This document shows, piece after piece, positions 1 to 13,042 of a stretch of DNA of 64,000 nt (position 1 is the stretch's first letter; every line of letters begins with the position of its first letter). The notes under the pieces are model-generated. The model did no database searches and was not told the DNA's origin. It was given only the letters and a program-made list of their open reading frames with translations. Source of the stretch: Octopus sinensis (lineage: Eukaryota); the NCBI RefSeq assembly GCF_006345805.1, contig NC_043000.1, forward strand, positions 149,606,001 through 149,670,000, written 5' to 3'. Position numbers and translations under genes: made by a program.

Positions 1-62
1 AGGTCTCTTTCTTTCTTTTGTTATCTTACCGTTTTTACCAATATATTATATATATATATATA

Positions 63-117
<55 letters not shown>

Positions 118-134
118 TATATATATATATATAT

Positions 135-485
135 AGGCTTGCTTTCCAACCACATGGTTCCTGGTTCAGTCCCACTGCTTGGTACCTAAAACAAGTGTCT
201 TCTGCTACAGACACAGGTAGTGATCAAAGCCTTATAAGTGGATTTGGTAGACAGAGACTGAAGAAGACCATCATATATGTGTGAGTCTTTGTGTTTGTGC
301 TTGTCTCTCGAACGCCACTTGACAGTTGGTATTAGTCTATGTATATCCCTGCAACATAGCAGTTTGGCAAAAGATACCAATAAAATAATTATCGTGCTTA
401 AAAATATTACTGGGGTTGATTCATTCGACTAAAACTTTCTCAAAGTGGTGGCCCAGCATGGCTACTGTCCAATGACTAAAACAAA
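135..485 (+). mobile_element. Degenerate tRNA-derived CORE-like SINE (family A)
   Basis: Diverged match to the intact copies at 44082 and 62303 (ccaaccacatggttcc...gttcagtcccactg...gtggatttggtag...ccagcatggc). Confidence 0.7.
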
Positions 486-523
486 TATAACCCCCACACA
501 CACACACACACATACACACACAA

Positions 524-576
<53 letters not shown>

Positions 577-844
577 AGGCTGCTTTTAGCTTTTGTCTAG
601 CAAATCCATTTAGAAGGCTTCCATTGACTTAGGGCTATAGCAGGAGATAGTTACTCAAGTTCAGGGCTGACCAAAAGCCTTGTCCTAGGATGACCAAATT
701 CTTGTATGAGGATAGAAATTGAAAGCCTATCATATCATCATCATCATCATCATTAAACGTTTAATGCCAGCTTTCCATGCTGGCATGGTTTGGATGGTTT
801 GACATGGAGCTGGCTAGCAGGGGACTGTCCAGACCCCAATATGT

Positions 845-877
<33 letters not shown>

Positions 878-1150
878 CTGTGTCTGTGTTTGTCCCACCA
901 CCACTTCTCAACTGGTGTTGGTTTTGTTTACATCTCTGTAACTTAGTGGTTCACCAAAAAGAAATTGATAGAATAAGCACCAAGCTTAAAAAGTATTGGG
1001 GTTGATTTGTTTGACTAAAATCTTCAGAGCAGTGCCCCAGCATGGCCACGGTTTAATGGCTGAAGCAAGTAATAGAATAAAAGAATCTATCTATCCATCC
1101 ATACATAAACATGCATATATATAGATATATGTAAATGCAATATCTCTCTC

Positions 1151-1185
<35 letters not shown>

Positions 1186-1325
1186 TGTGTGTGTGTGTGT
1201 CTGTGTGTGTGTCTGTGTGTGTGTGAGTGTGTGTGTGTGGTGTGTGTGTATGTGTGTGTATGTGTGTGAGTGTGTATGTGTGTGTGGTGTGTGTGTATGT
1301 GTGTGTGTATGTGTATGTGTGTGAG

Positions 1326-1356
<31 letters not shown>

Positions 1357-1777
1357 TTAAAAATTAAGGATAAAATCTTGAAAATTAAAATCTTAATTGT
1401 TAAATTTATCCTTAATTGTTAAATTTGTTCCAATGAAACACGTTTCTTTCCGAAATGCATTTCGAAAAAGCCAGCCATTTACATAAATATATGATGAATT
1501 AACATTTCCACGTGCTACGATGGACTCAACGGTTGTCTGTTTAGTTCCGCCTAGTAGGTTGGTTTTGTTTATTTATGATATGTTTTGAATATGTTTCACT
1601 GATGAACAAAAGACGTAGAAAATACGTTAATTGCGAAATCACAGGTGATCTGGAACTAAATTCTTTTTCTAAATGTCTTGCTTTGAGAAATGCATTGGGT
1701 ACGATCCGTTTATGTTTGGTAGTATTGACTTTGAAGGTCCCTCCTAGCATGTGGCATTAATGTGTATTAATGCCCTC

Positions 1778-1843
<66 letters not shown>

Positions 1844-1844
<1 letters not shown>

Positions 1845-2334
1845 TAGCAGTATCACCCGGCGTTGCTCGGGTTTGTAAGGGAAATAACTATATAAGCATT
1901 TTTAGAGAGTTACTTCCCTTATAGATGCCAATTCGGGCTTTCTTAGCCATTTCTGTTTTGGTGTCTTCAAAAGAACGCTGGTCTCCTTGACAACGCTTTA
2001 CGACGTTGATTTCCTTACACACCCTTCCCCACAGCTTCACGAGGGCGGCAAGAAGGGGGAGAAGCAACAGGTGCAGGTGTGACCATGGACGCCAACTCCG
2101 CCGCCATCGCCACACGAAAAATTATGCATTAAAATGGAATAAAAAATGATGTTAAATTATTTTTAAAATCGTAGACTCATCGTAGACGCGCGCTAATACC
2201 CAGAAGGGCTCGGTATGAATCACGACTATAAGATACCCGAATTTGGTTAAACTGCACCGCAAAATGTGGGAGTAGTTAGGAATCTAAATCGAAGGGGACA
2301 GACACTCACACAACTACAGTTTTATATATATAGA
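1844..2334 (-). mobile_element. Non-autonomous Helitron with an internal variable segment
   Basis: On - strand starts TC, ends with hairpin CCCGAGCAACGCCGGG then CTAG, inserted between A and T, no TSD. Segment ~1935-2115 is absent from the other copies. Confidence 0.8.
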
Positions 2335-2523
2335 TATCACAGATGGGCTGAGGTTCATTACAGCTGTTTCAGATGTGTTCTTTATTGATGAACAAAACAA
2401 TTTGTTCATGATTTATGCTTGTTTCATGCAATCATTCATAACAAGATGAATTGTGGATAAATAAAATGATGTTTCAACATACAAACCTTTACCGCCATTC
2501 ATATTTATTTATATTTAAACAAA

Positions 2524-3450
2524 TCAGTTCTTTCCTGCTGTATAACTTAGATCAGATAATTTAAACCAACCTGAATAATAAATTTGAAGCTTTGTTTCTG
2601 GTTTATGTTTGTTCGTATACATTCCATATATGATCTGTTGATCTGTACTTATTAGTTTTATGGACAAGGAATTGTTAACGAAGTTCAAATACTCTTGAGT
2701 AAATTTATACAAAACATCATATTTACCAAGATTGCAACCACCAGCTAACCATACCATATTATTATAAATAATGTCTTTATAGGTTACTTGCTGATTAAAT
2801 TTATTTACATTGCTGTATGCAACCTTAGTATCATCAAAACTTTTAGGTATTACCATTTTAAATTTAATATCTGAGTGATGTCTGAATATTCCAACGTCTA
2901 GCCACATAAAGTATTTAGTATGAAAATAGTTCTTTCTTATAACTCGATTAAGAAGTTCAATTTTTGCATGCATGGCACAAGAATATCCAGGCACAACAGT
3001 GTTGGGAAGATGCTTTGGATAACCAGGCTGTTTATATATTTGAGAAATATTTTTTTCTATCTGAAATGACCACAATTCTTTCTTGTTTATCAGAAATATT
3101 TTGGTTCGCTCTTTAGGAAACTTTTCCCTTAATTTTTGGAAATATTTGTATGCAATTTTATCATCTGTATAAACAATTAAATTGTTAGTCATGTTGCCAA
3201 ATATAGACATCCATTTGTAATAGATATTTGGGGTATACTGATGTCCAGGACTGCCTTTTGCAAAGGATCCTAAATTGAAATATGCAGTCAATACTGAGAT
3301 TTCATTGGAAAGGTTCATAGTATTCTTTGGAAGTTCCTTTTTAAAAGAGAAAATGTCTTCCTGAATTGAAGATATTTCTGTAGAATTTTGAATGATGCTT
3401 GGTGTTGTGAATGTTATATTCAAGTCATTTATTAATTTTGTCTGAGGACC
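2524..3450 (-). CDS. Terminal coding exon of an HtrL/YibB-like (glycosyltransferase-like) protein; upstream exon(s) not identified
   Basis: 299-aa non-repetitive ORF stays open upstream (GPQTKLINDL) to a phase-0 splice acceptor tttatttaacAG at 3452-3451. Stop TGA at 2524-2526; AATAAA on - strand at 2504-2509 and 2381-2386. Motifs VLTAYFNLG, LIVYTDD, MWLDVG, LAGGCNLG, TDQQI resemble the HtrL_YibB family (recalled, not searched). Confidence 0.75.
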   Translation of the reverse strand, partial: GPQTKLINDLNITFTTPSIIQNSTEISSIQEDIFSFKKELPKNTMNLSNEISVLTAYFNLGSFAKGSPGHQYTPNIYYKWMSIFGNMTNNLIVYTDDKIAYKYFQKLREKFPKERTKIFLINKKELWSFQIEKNISQIYKQPGYPKHLPNTVVPGYSCAMHAKIELLNRVIRKNYFHTKYFMWLDVGIFRHHSDIKFKMVIPKSFDDTKVAYSNVNKFNQQVTYKDIIYNNMVWLAGGCNLGKYDVLYKFTQEYLNFVNNSLSIKLISTDQQIIYGMYTNKHKPETKLQIYYSGWFKLSDLSYTAGKN

Positions 3451-4366
3451 CTGTTAAATAAATAATAGATATAATTATATTAAGATAGGATATTCAAGGA
3501 AAACAATTCAAAATAAGTCATATCTTTATAGTGTCATATTCATATCACTGAAAATCACAATATATATATTATAAAACAAGTGACTACAAATAAAATTATA
3601 AGATTGAGTGAATCATTTGGCCTAAATGAAAGAAGGAAATCTTTTTAACAAATATTTACAGGAACTATCATAATTAATATCATAAGGAAATATTTATATC
3701 TAAGAAAATTTCAGTTAGTATAAAATACTATCACCCTTCAGTGACGTCAATAACAACAATAGATAATGAACTTTGATATGACTTATATCAATCTAAACAG
3801 AATCAACAAGGAAAAGCAATAATTAGAATTAACTGATGATAGTATGTAACGGCCAAGATGTGATGGAAGATGTTAATGAATGATATAGTAATAATATTAA
3901 TTCATGTATAAGGTGCAAAATGAAGTTAGAGGTAGATTAATTGAAAAGTGTTGTTTTCTAAACTGTCAGTATACAACTACATGTATCTCAAATCAATATA
4001 TTTTTTCTGTTGCACATCAGATGGATCATGTGTGCTTCATTTCTTTCCAGTCTCCCCAAGTTGTCTCCATTCAAAGGGTTAACAAGGGACGAAATGACTA
4101 GGAAAATGAGTTTCTCTAACGGCAGCGTTTCCTTGATATCTCTGATCTTTCTCATTAACTGGAACCATTTCACTTGATATACATCCCTCATCTTTAATAC
4201 TCTCCACCAACATTTTACATTGCGCCCTCATCTTTAACCACCAAATTAACTCTCCTCCTTCACAACTATACATCTCTCACTCTCCCCATGCACTACACCA
4301 CCTTCCTCTCTCTCCACACTTTCACAACCTCCCAACCATACATTGTATCTCTCTCTTTTCTTTCTC

Positions 4367-4405
<39 letters not shown>

Positions 4406-4489
4406 GTCTTATACTTTCCTTGTCTACTGATTTATCATTATTATTCTGGTGGCATGTAAAAAGCATGCAGTACACTCTGTTAGGTAGTT

Positions 4490-4600
4490 GGCATTACTAC
4501 CATGGCAGCACACTCTCCAGATCTGTAAAAATTGACGGCGAAGTCGATACGCGCATCGCAAAGGGAGCTCAGCATTCAAGCGGTTACGGGAATCTGTGTA
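4490..4600 (+). mobile_element. RTE LINE fragment
   Basis: Encodes IDGEVDTRIAKG, typical of the RTE post-RT region. Confidence 0.5.
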
Positions 4601-4637
4601 CGTGTGTGTGTGTGTGTGTGCATATATATATATATAT

Positions 4638-5110
<473 letters not shown>

Positions 5111-5209
5111 AAAGTTTGTATGACTGTGTTTAGCAGAATATATTAATCAATAAAATTGATTAATATATTTATTATATGTTTAGAAGAATATATTTATGAA
5201 TGAAATTCC

Positions 5210-5545
5210 CGTTTTATCATTAGCAATTTTTACAATTCAACAATTTAACAATTTTACAATATCGAAATTAACTAATACTTTCATGCGTCACGCAGTCATC
5301 GAGTTTATGTCGTGACAGTCATGTTCCACAATTGGCTTTACAATCTTGACATAAACTAATACTTTCAAGTGTCACGCAGTCATCAGGTTTATGTCGTGAC
5401 AGTCATGTTCCACAATTGACAACTGTCAAATGTGGAACACGACTGTCACTACATAAACTTGATGACTGCGTGACACATGAAAGTATTAGTTTATTTCGAT
5501 ATTGCGAAATTGTTGTGCTGTAAAAATTGCAAATGATAAAACGCG
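5210..5545. mobile_element. Palindromic fold-back (MITE-like) element with a tandemly duplicated arm
   Basis: Left arm gttttatcattagcaattttt...aactaatactttc...gttccacaattg is mirrored by 5425-5545. A ~65-bp unit occurs at 5270-5334 and 5352-5418; centre ttgacAACTgtcaa. Confidence 0.7.
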
Positions 5546-5697
5546 AAAATCAGACTTAGTAGGAATTTTATATCAGTGAGGTGGAGTCCGGTGCACATTG
5601 ATGCCGTCGAGAGGTAGGGCGCCCGAAACAGCGTGCATTCGCTCCTGGTGACCCCATACACTTGCTGGCTTCCGGTATGCGGAGTTCTCAACTAGTA

Positions 5698-6689
5698 GCA
5701 CTTGCATGTGCACGTTGTCTGCAAAACATCTAAGACCTTGTGGTAGGTAACCACTGACAAAGCGGAAAGACGGTTAGGCATCTTGGAAAGACAAGAGGAC
5801 TGCTCGGAAAGACGAGCGGACAATGGGAAAGACTATCGACACCAGGAAAGACTGGCGGAGGCTGCGGACTTACGATCCTCGCCTATGTAATATATTGTAA
5901 CGGAAATAACTGGAAATGACAGCCCCACGAGAGGCGGGAGTCGAGAATCAATCAAACTCAGTTAACACGGAAATGACCTTGGGCACGAACTGCGAACTTT
6001 GGATACGAACTGTGCTGTAGGACCTTTGCAACCGAGAGAGGCTTGAAGATATATCAGGGAAAGACTTGTAAGAAGAGAACAGAGCAGTGTGGATCATGTG
6101 ATTGTAAAGCACGTGGCAAATCATCACCGGACTCAAACCACTGCGGATTGATAAATGCTACAGCAAAGACTTCTTCTCGACAGGAAACTGCAGGTTATGA
6201 AACTGGTGCATCAGATAGTACTCGGAGGAAACCGACGGTTCAGTGGCCTGCCGCTAATGAGAAAGGAAAATATAAAGAGTTTGAAAACAAGGTATGTCGA
6301 GCTCTTTATAAAATGACAGGCTCTACAGTGGAGAAACTGGGAAAGTTAACAAGCTCAATATACGATACTGGAAAGGAATTATACACAGTGTGAGACGACT
6401 GATGTTATCGTTAGGCCTAACTCATCGTAAGGTAAATACCACCATGGCCGATATCCAAACTACAGTGGAAAAGGCTAGCCACTGGATTTGGTTAAAAAGA
6501 GACGATGAGCGATGGCTAGAATATTAAGCTCTATTTGGTAACCAGTTGATCGAGCAAGTGGGGCCTCATATCAGTGAGGGGGCCAGTGCGACTGATGCCG
6601 TTGCGAGGTAGGCCCCGAAATGGCGCACATTCTCTTCTGATGACCCCATACACTTGCTGGCTACCGGTATGCAGAGTTCTCGACTAGTA
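5698..6689 (+). mobile_element. Internally deleted HERO-type (RLE, R2 group) non-LTR retrotransposon
   Basis: N-terminal RGLKIYQGKTC and KPTVQWPAANEKGKYKEFE fused at ~6390 directly to the C-terminus VRRLMLSLG...VEKASHWIWLKRDDERWLEY* (stop 6525-6527) plus 3' UTR. RT and endonuclease are missing. A diverged 3' end of another copy lies at 5600-5697. Confidence 0.7.
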
Positions 6690-6978
6690 TATATCTATCT
6701 ATATATATATATATAATATATATATATTATATATATATATATATATATTATATACTAGTCGAGAACTCTGCATACCGGTAGCCAGCAAGTGTATGGGATC
6801 ATCAGAAGAGAATGCAGAGTTCTCGACTAGTATATATATTATATATATATATATATATATACTAGTCGAGAACTCTGCATACCGGTAGCCAGCAAGTGTA
6901 TGGGGTCATCAGAAGAGAATGCAGAGTTCTCGACTAGTATATATATATATATAGATATATATATAATATATATATATA

Positions 6979-7376
6979 TACTAGTCGAGAACTCTGCATA
7001 CGGTAGCCAGCAAGTGTATGGGGTCATCAGAAGAGAATGTGCGCCATTTCGGGGCCTACTCGCAACGGCATCAGTCGCACTGGCCCCCTCACTGATATGA
7101 GGCCCCACTTGCTCGATCACTGGTTACCAAATAGAGCTTAATATTCTAGCCATCGCTCATCGTCTCTTTTTAACCAAATCCAGTGGCTAGCCTTTTCCAC
7201 TGTAGTTTGGATATCGGCCATGGTGGTATTTACCTTACGATGAGTTAGGCCTAACGATAACATCAGTCGTCTCACACTGTGTATAATTCCTTTCTAGTAT
7301 CGTATATTGAGCTTGTTAACTTTCCCGATTTCTCCACTGTAGAGCCTGTCATTTTATAAAGAGCTCGGCATACCTT
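6979..7376 (-). repeat. Inverted copy of 6289-6689
   Basis: Reverse complement with about 6 differences in 400 bp, including the deletion junction. Confidence 0.95.
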
Positions 7377-7433
7377 ATATATATATATATATTATATATA
7401 TATTATATATATATATATTATATATATTATATA

Positions 7434-7497
<64 letters not shown>

Positions 7498-7589
7498 ATA
7501 TATATATATATATATACTAGTCGAGAACTCTGCATACCGGTAGCCAGCAAGTGTATGGGATCATCAGAAGAGAATGTGCGCCATATATA

Positions 7590-8608
7590 ATGTCGGAAAA
7601 TGAAGTCAGAACTGCCATATATACAAATAAATATAATAAATGCACATGCAAAAAAAATCAAAATACCCATTGATGAACCTCTGTATGAGTACAAATCTTG
7701 TACATAAATGTACCGTGCATATATTAGGCAAACGGCTGATTCATTCAAGAATCGTTATCCCAACCATGCCGTCAGCTTCAAGAGAATCAATAAGAGACAT
7801 TCAACATCTTTGGTTGATTTTGTGTGGCGACCCAAGGAAGATGAAATTAAGTATGACATAGACTGGTCCATAGTAAGGCACGCAAAACCATGTAGTATTA
7901 TTTCCAGGAGATGCCGATTCTGCTCCGAAGAAACCCTGTCTATTTTGTGAACCAATGAGAAGATCATTGATAGCATCTCTGAAAAGACTTTCAATATGCC
8001 TACATGTATGTAAATGTACTTTCGCACAATGCAGCTGGAATGCATTTTAGTAATTGTTAACATAATTTACTTTGAGGTATGGATGAATTACGTTTAGCGT
8101 TAACCTTCTCATTCTTATATACACCAAATAGCTATCTAACTCGCTATGTGAACGTGTGTGCACAAAACCACACGTATGCATATACTTACATCTTCGTGGA
8201 TGCTTGTATGAGCGAGTGTACATGCGCCATGCAGCTTGTGCGAGGGCATTTATACATCCATATCCGTTAACGGTTATTTTTAATATTTTTTTCGCTGAAT
8301 TGACTGTTTGTTTCTTTTTTGCATCTGCTATTTTATGATTGATCTTCTATATAAATGAAGTTATATCCTTTAGTTTGCTGCTTTTCCTTACACGGAATGA
8401 GAAGATACATTGCGGAAATGTTATTTTAACGAGTTATATCTACTTATGACCCGAATGGACACATCTGCACCGTCGAATACTCCTGAACCAGTTGTCAAGT
8501 ATACCACCCGCGAGAGACTTATGCTAGATGTGTCGAAACAATTGTAGTGATTTATAAAAATTCTCGTATCTTCCATCTTCCGTCTTTTATTTTCCATATA
8601 TATATATA
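7590..8608 (+). mobile_element. 5'-truncated Penelope/Poseidon-type PLE (GIY-YIG remnant plus pLTR)
   Basis: YIRQTADSFKNRYPNHAVSFK...TSLVDFVW...DWSIV...CRFCSEE; ends in (TA)n; degenerate hammerhead at 8447-8550. Confidence 0.75.
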
Positions 8609-9835
8609 CTGTTTATATTTTGTACTGTCGTTACTGCCCTTTTGTTACCATTTTTACCCCTCCGCAAAAAATCTCAAATTTTATTTAATTTGCTTTTCGC
8701 GGGAAGGAATGTTTCATTAAAGTCATATCTCGCCTTGACCTTCGAAACACGGAGTAGATGAAACAAAGGTGACTGTAGAAGGGGAATTTTCCTTGTATTG
8801 TATGTCCTTTACTCTATTGTTTCGTTGTTTAAAAAAAATGTCCATTACCTTGGTTTTGTGTTTATGTTTTCGTTTCTCATTGTGTTCGTCGTTTTTTTTT
8901 GGTGTCCTGTACCCATATATGCATGTATATATACATGTAGAGGTAGGTACGTACATATATGTATCAATATATACATATGTTTTATTTTATTTATTAATTT
9001 ATTATATGACGGAACGCACGTATCCATTTCTAAGTAAGATTGTTCTTAATATTAATAATGATGCGCACTCTTAACTTTTCTGTCCCCCTCCCTTTCTCAG
9101 CCTTCATTCTTTCGGGTTTCCTTTTCTTCTACCTTACTGTCTCTCCCTCCCTCTCTCTCTCTCATTCTTCATTCTTTCTGGTTTTCTCTACAACCATTCC
9201 CTTTTTTCTCTCCCTTTCTCTTGCTCCTCCTCTTCCCTCCCATCGTTGACCCGCGACGAGAGCTCTGCTACTGTCTTTCTGACCTGGCTTCCTTCAAGTG
9301 TAGACGGCATTTTCTGTGGCTCCTTCGCCGTTCTCAAAAATAGCGTTCGTAATATTTTATCTCGTTCGGCTTAACAGCCCTTCTTGTCTGTGTTACTGTT
9401 ACTCTCCTTGTCCTGTCTTTTACTGTTTATATTTTGTACTGTCGTTACTGTCCTGTTTTTGTTACCATTTTTATCCCTCCGCAAAAAAATTTCTAAAATT
9501 TTATTTAATTTGCTTTTCGCGGGAAGGTATGTTTCATTAAAGTCGTTTCTCGCCTTGACCTTCGAAACGCGGAGTAGATGAAACAAAGGCGACTGAAGAA
9601 TGGGAATTTTCCTTGTTTTGTATGTCCTTTACTCTATTTTTTCGTTGTTTAAGAAAAATGTCCATTTCCTTGGTTTTGTGTTTATGTTTTCGTTTCTCAT
9701 TGTGTTCGACGTCTTTTTTTGGTGTCCTGTACCCATATATGCATGTATATATACATGTAGAGGTAGGTATGTACATATATGTATGTATATATGCATATGT
9801 CTTATTTTATTTATTAATTTTATATATATATATAT
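8607..9835 (+). mobile_element. Partial tandem pLTR-like repeat (copies 8607-9005 and 9421-9820)
   Basis: Two ~400-bp direct copies, roughly 88-90% identical by eye, bounded by (TA)n; layout typical of PLE partial tandems. Confidence 0.65.
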
Positions 9836-9929
9836 AGGCAAGGAAAAATTATAAAAGGCAGAATGCTAAATTAAAGGTAAATTTTAATGAAAATGGGTGT
9901 ATGGTAAATTAAAAAAAAATATATATATT

Positions 9930-9971
9930 AATTCAAATCGGTTTTCGTCGCAATGTGACTTTTCAAGAATT
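9930..9971 (-). ncRNA. Minimal hammerhead ribozyme motif, U3-A8 variant
   Basis: AATTC TTGAAAA GTCAC ATT GCGAC GAAA ACCGAT TT GAATT: 5-bp stem I, stem II with one mismatch. Confidence 0.6.
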
Positions 9972-10526
9972 GTAAGGTGAAAGGAAAATTTCTTTATAAT
10001 TGAGGAGGGGGAAAAATTACATTGTTTTTTGTAAAAAAATAATAAACATATACAAAAATTAAAAAATAGGTACACCGATACATTGTAAAGTCTTTGTGTA
10101 TCTCGAGTTCAATGATAGTTCTTGGAAAAATTACCTTGGAGGATTAAGATCCATGTGATTAACTCCATGTGGTGTTTAATTTAGGATGTTTGTTAAATGA
10201 ATGTCAAAACAGGAAATGGGGTAGGAGTTATCCAGTTCCTGTGAGTAAGGGGAGACGACTCTGTAGATTTTATGCTCTTCAATTGGGATTATTCGATTTT
10301 TTGTAAGATAGGATGTTAATAAACCTTAAATTATAAAATTATCATTTTAGCTTCATTTGCATTATCTTTTTTTTTATATAATTGTTTGCTAACTTAACAT
10401 TAGATTTTAACACTTTATTTATATTGTTTTCTAATCATATAAATTTACATAAACCAATTTATAATTTCATTTCAGATTGTTATGTCATATAATAATAATA
10501 ATAATATAATAATAATAATAATAATA

Positions 10527-10563
<37 letters not shown>

Positions 10564-12411
10564 GAATATAATTTTTAGCTTGAAGTGATAACTGCATGAT
10601 ATCCTTATATATTTGTATTAGTCCATCCATGAAGAATGAGTAGTAGAAAAAAGAAGTATGCTTATCGTGGAGTTTGCATATTAAGATACGTTTGAATTTT
10701 TCAATAAAAAGATTTTCCTTGTTAATTCTTTCTTGTGTAGTGATTCCGTCTTTACATTGGTAGAAGGGGAGAATATGTAAAATTTGGGATTTTTGTCTTT
10801 AGCGCACGAGTCTATGTGACTACTTAGTGGAATTTGATGGTATTCTGGGAGATTTATTTGTTCTTTATGGACCGCTACTCTTTTACGTAAAGGGAGGCTC
10901 GTTTGTCCAACATAATTATGTTGGCAACCGGCGCATGTGCGAACGTAGATAAGGTTCTCGGAGGAACAGGAGAAGTTGGTCTTGATTTTAAACTTTGTTC
11001 CTTGTTTGAAGCTAAATTCAGAGCCTTCAAGTAGGAAGGGGCAGGTGCCACAGTTTGGGTGTGCACATTTTTTAACTGATGGGGGTAGATGTGGCGTGTG
11101 AAGTTTGGCATTTGTCAAGAATTTTTTCAAAGATTTATGTTGCCTTTTACATTTGAGGATTTTGTGTGTATTGATAATGTTATTCATTTTTGGGTCTGTT
11201 GACAGTAGAGTGAGGTTTTGTATGATTGTGGTATATGCTTCGATATTTTGGGGGTTGTGGGTGGAAATGTATGGAAGTATTTTGGGGTTGTGTGTGTTGT
11301 TGGGTTGGGTGGTTTTCAGTGTAATGTTGTCTCGTTCTTTGGCACCTTTTATTCCATACTCTATAAGGGTGGAGGGATATTGGCGTTGTAATAGTGGGGT
11401 TTTTTGAGGTCTTCAAGGCGTATTTCTCGAGTTTTGGGATCCGAAACAATGGTGCATACCCTTTTAGCTAAGTTGAAAGGGATATTTATCTTGGTGTGTT
11501 TTGGGTGGCATGAGCTAAAGAGGAGGTATTGTTGTGAGTCTGTAGGTTTGTGGTAGATGTCTGTTATGATTTGGTTCTTAGGTGTTTTTATAATTAGGAG
11601 ATCAAGGAAAGGGAGATGATGTTTGCTGAATTCCATAGTGAATTGGATGTTGCGATGTATGTTGATCAGTATGGTTTTGAATTCCAGAAGCTTTTCATAA
11701 GATTCTTCCCATATGATGAAACAATCATCCAAATACCTTTTCCAGTTTTCCATTAGGTAAATGTGGAAAACGTGTCCAAATTTCTGGCGTGATATCTCAT
11801 AGAATGATAGTTCGAAGAAGCCCATTATGAGGTTCGCAAGGACTGGTGCAGCTGGTGCAATGGACAAATGCCAAACTTCACACACCACATCCACCCCATC
11901 AGTTAAAAATGTGCACACCCAAACTGTGGCACCTGCCCCTTCCTACTTGAAGGCTCTGAATTTAGCTTCAAACAAGGAACAAAGTTTAAAATCAAGACCA
12001 ACTTCTCCTGTTCCTCCGAGAACCTTATCTACGTTCGCACATGCGCCGGTTGCCAACATAATTATGTTGGACAAACGAGCCTCCCTTTACGTAGAAGAGT
12101 AGCGGTCCATAAAGAACAAATAAATCTCCCAGAATACCATCAAATTCCACTAAGTAGTCACATAGACTCGTGCGCTAAAGACAAAAATCCCAAATTTTAC
12201 ATATTCTCCCCTTCTACCAATGTAAAGACGGAATCACTACACAAGAAAGAATTAACAAGGAAAATCTTTTTATTGAAAAATTCAAACGTATCTTAATATG
12301 CAAACTCCACGATAAGCATACTTCTTTTTTCTACCTCATTCTTCATGGATGGACTAATACAAATATATAAGGATATCATGCAGTTATCACTTCAAGCTAA
12401 AAATTATATTC

Positions 12412-12481
<70 letters not shown>

Positions 12482-13000
12482 GACATAACAATCTGAAATG
12501 AAATTATAAATTGGTTTATGTAAATTTATATGATTAGAAAACAATATAAATAAAGTGTTAAAATCTAAATGTTAAGTTAGCAAACAATTATATAAAAAAA
12601 AAGATAATGCAAATGAAGCTAAAATGATAATTTTATAATTTAAGGTTTATTAACATCCTATCTTACAAAAAATCGAATAATCCCAATTGAAGAGCATAAA
12701 ATCCACAGAGTCGTCTCCCCTTACTCACAGGAACTGGATAACTCCTACCCCATTTCCTGTTTTGACATTCATTTAACAAACATCCTAAATTAAACACCAC
12801 ATGGAGTTAATCACATGGATCTTAATCCTCCAAGGTAATTTTTCCAAGAACTATCATTGAACTCGAGATACACAAAGACTTTACAATGTATCGGTGTACC
12901 TATTTTTTAATTTTTGTATATGTTTATTAGTGTTTTGCAAAAAATAATGTAATTTTTTTCCTCCTCCTCAATTATAAAAAAAAATTTCTTTTCACCTTAC

Positions 13001-13042
13001 AATTCTTGAAAAGTCGCATTGCGACGAAAATCGATTTGATTT
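13001..13042 (+). ncRNA. Minimal hammerhead ribozyme motif, U3-A8 variant
   Basis: AATTC TTGAAAA GTCGC ATT GCGAC GAAA ATCGAT TT GATTT: perfect stem II, palindromic stem III. Confidence 0.65.

Noticed and set aside
3988-4290. Short - strand ORFs upstream of the HtrL-like exon
   Set aside because: Look like decayed LINE sequence with no convincing splice donor or signal anchor.
5600-6689. Apparent compensatory change CA-gcg-TG vs TG-gcg-CA next to GAAA and CTGATGA in the HERO 3' UTR
   Set aside because: Explained by CpG decay of an ancestral CG-gcg-CG. The hammerhead-like words cannot form stem I, and no HDV fold fits.
8447-8550. Hammerhead scaffold with a 9-bp stem II and CAATTG stem III
   Set aside because: Core reads CCGAATG with several conserved positions lost; counted only as a fossil.
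9500-9620. GAAAC...GTA and CTGAAGA in the tandem pLTRs (also 8690-8795)
   Set aside because: No valid core precedes the GAAGG/CCTTC helix, and the downstream CTGAAGA lacks a following GAAA; not a complete hammerhead.
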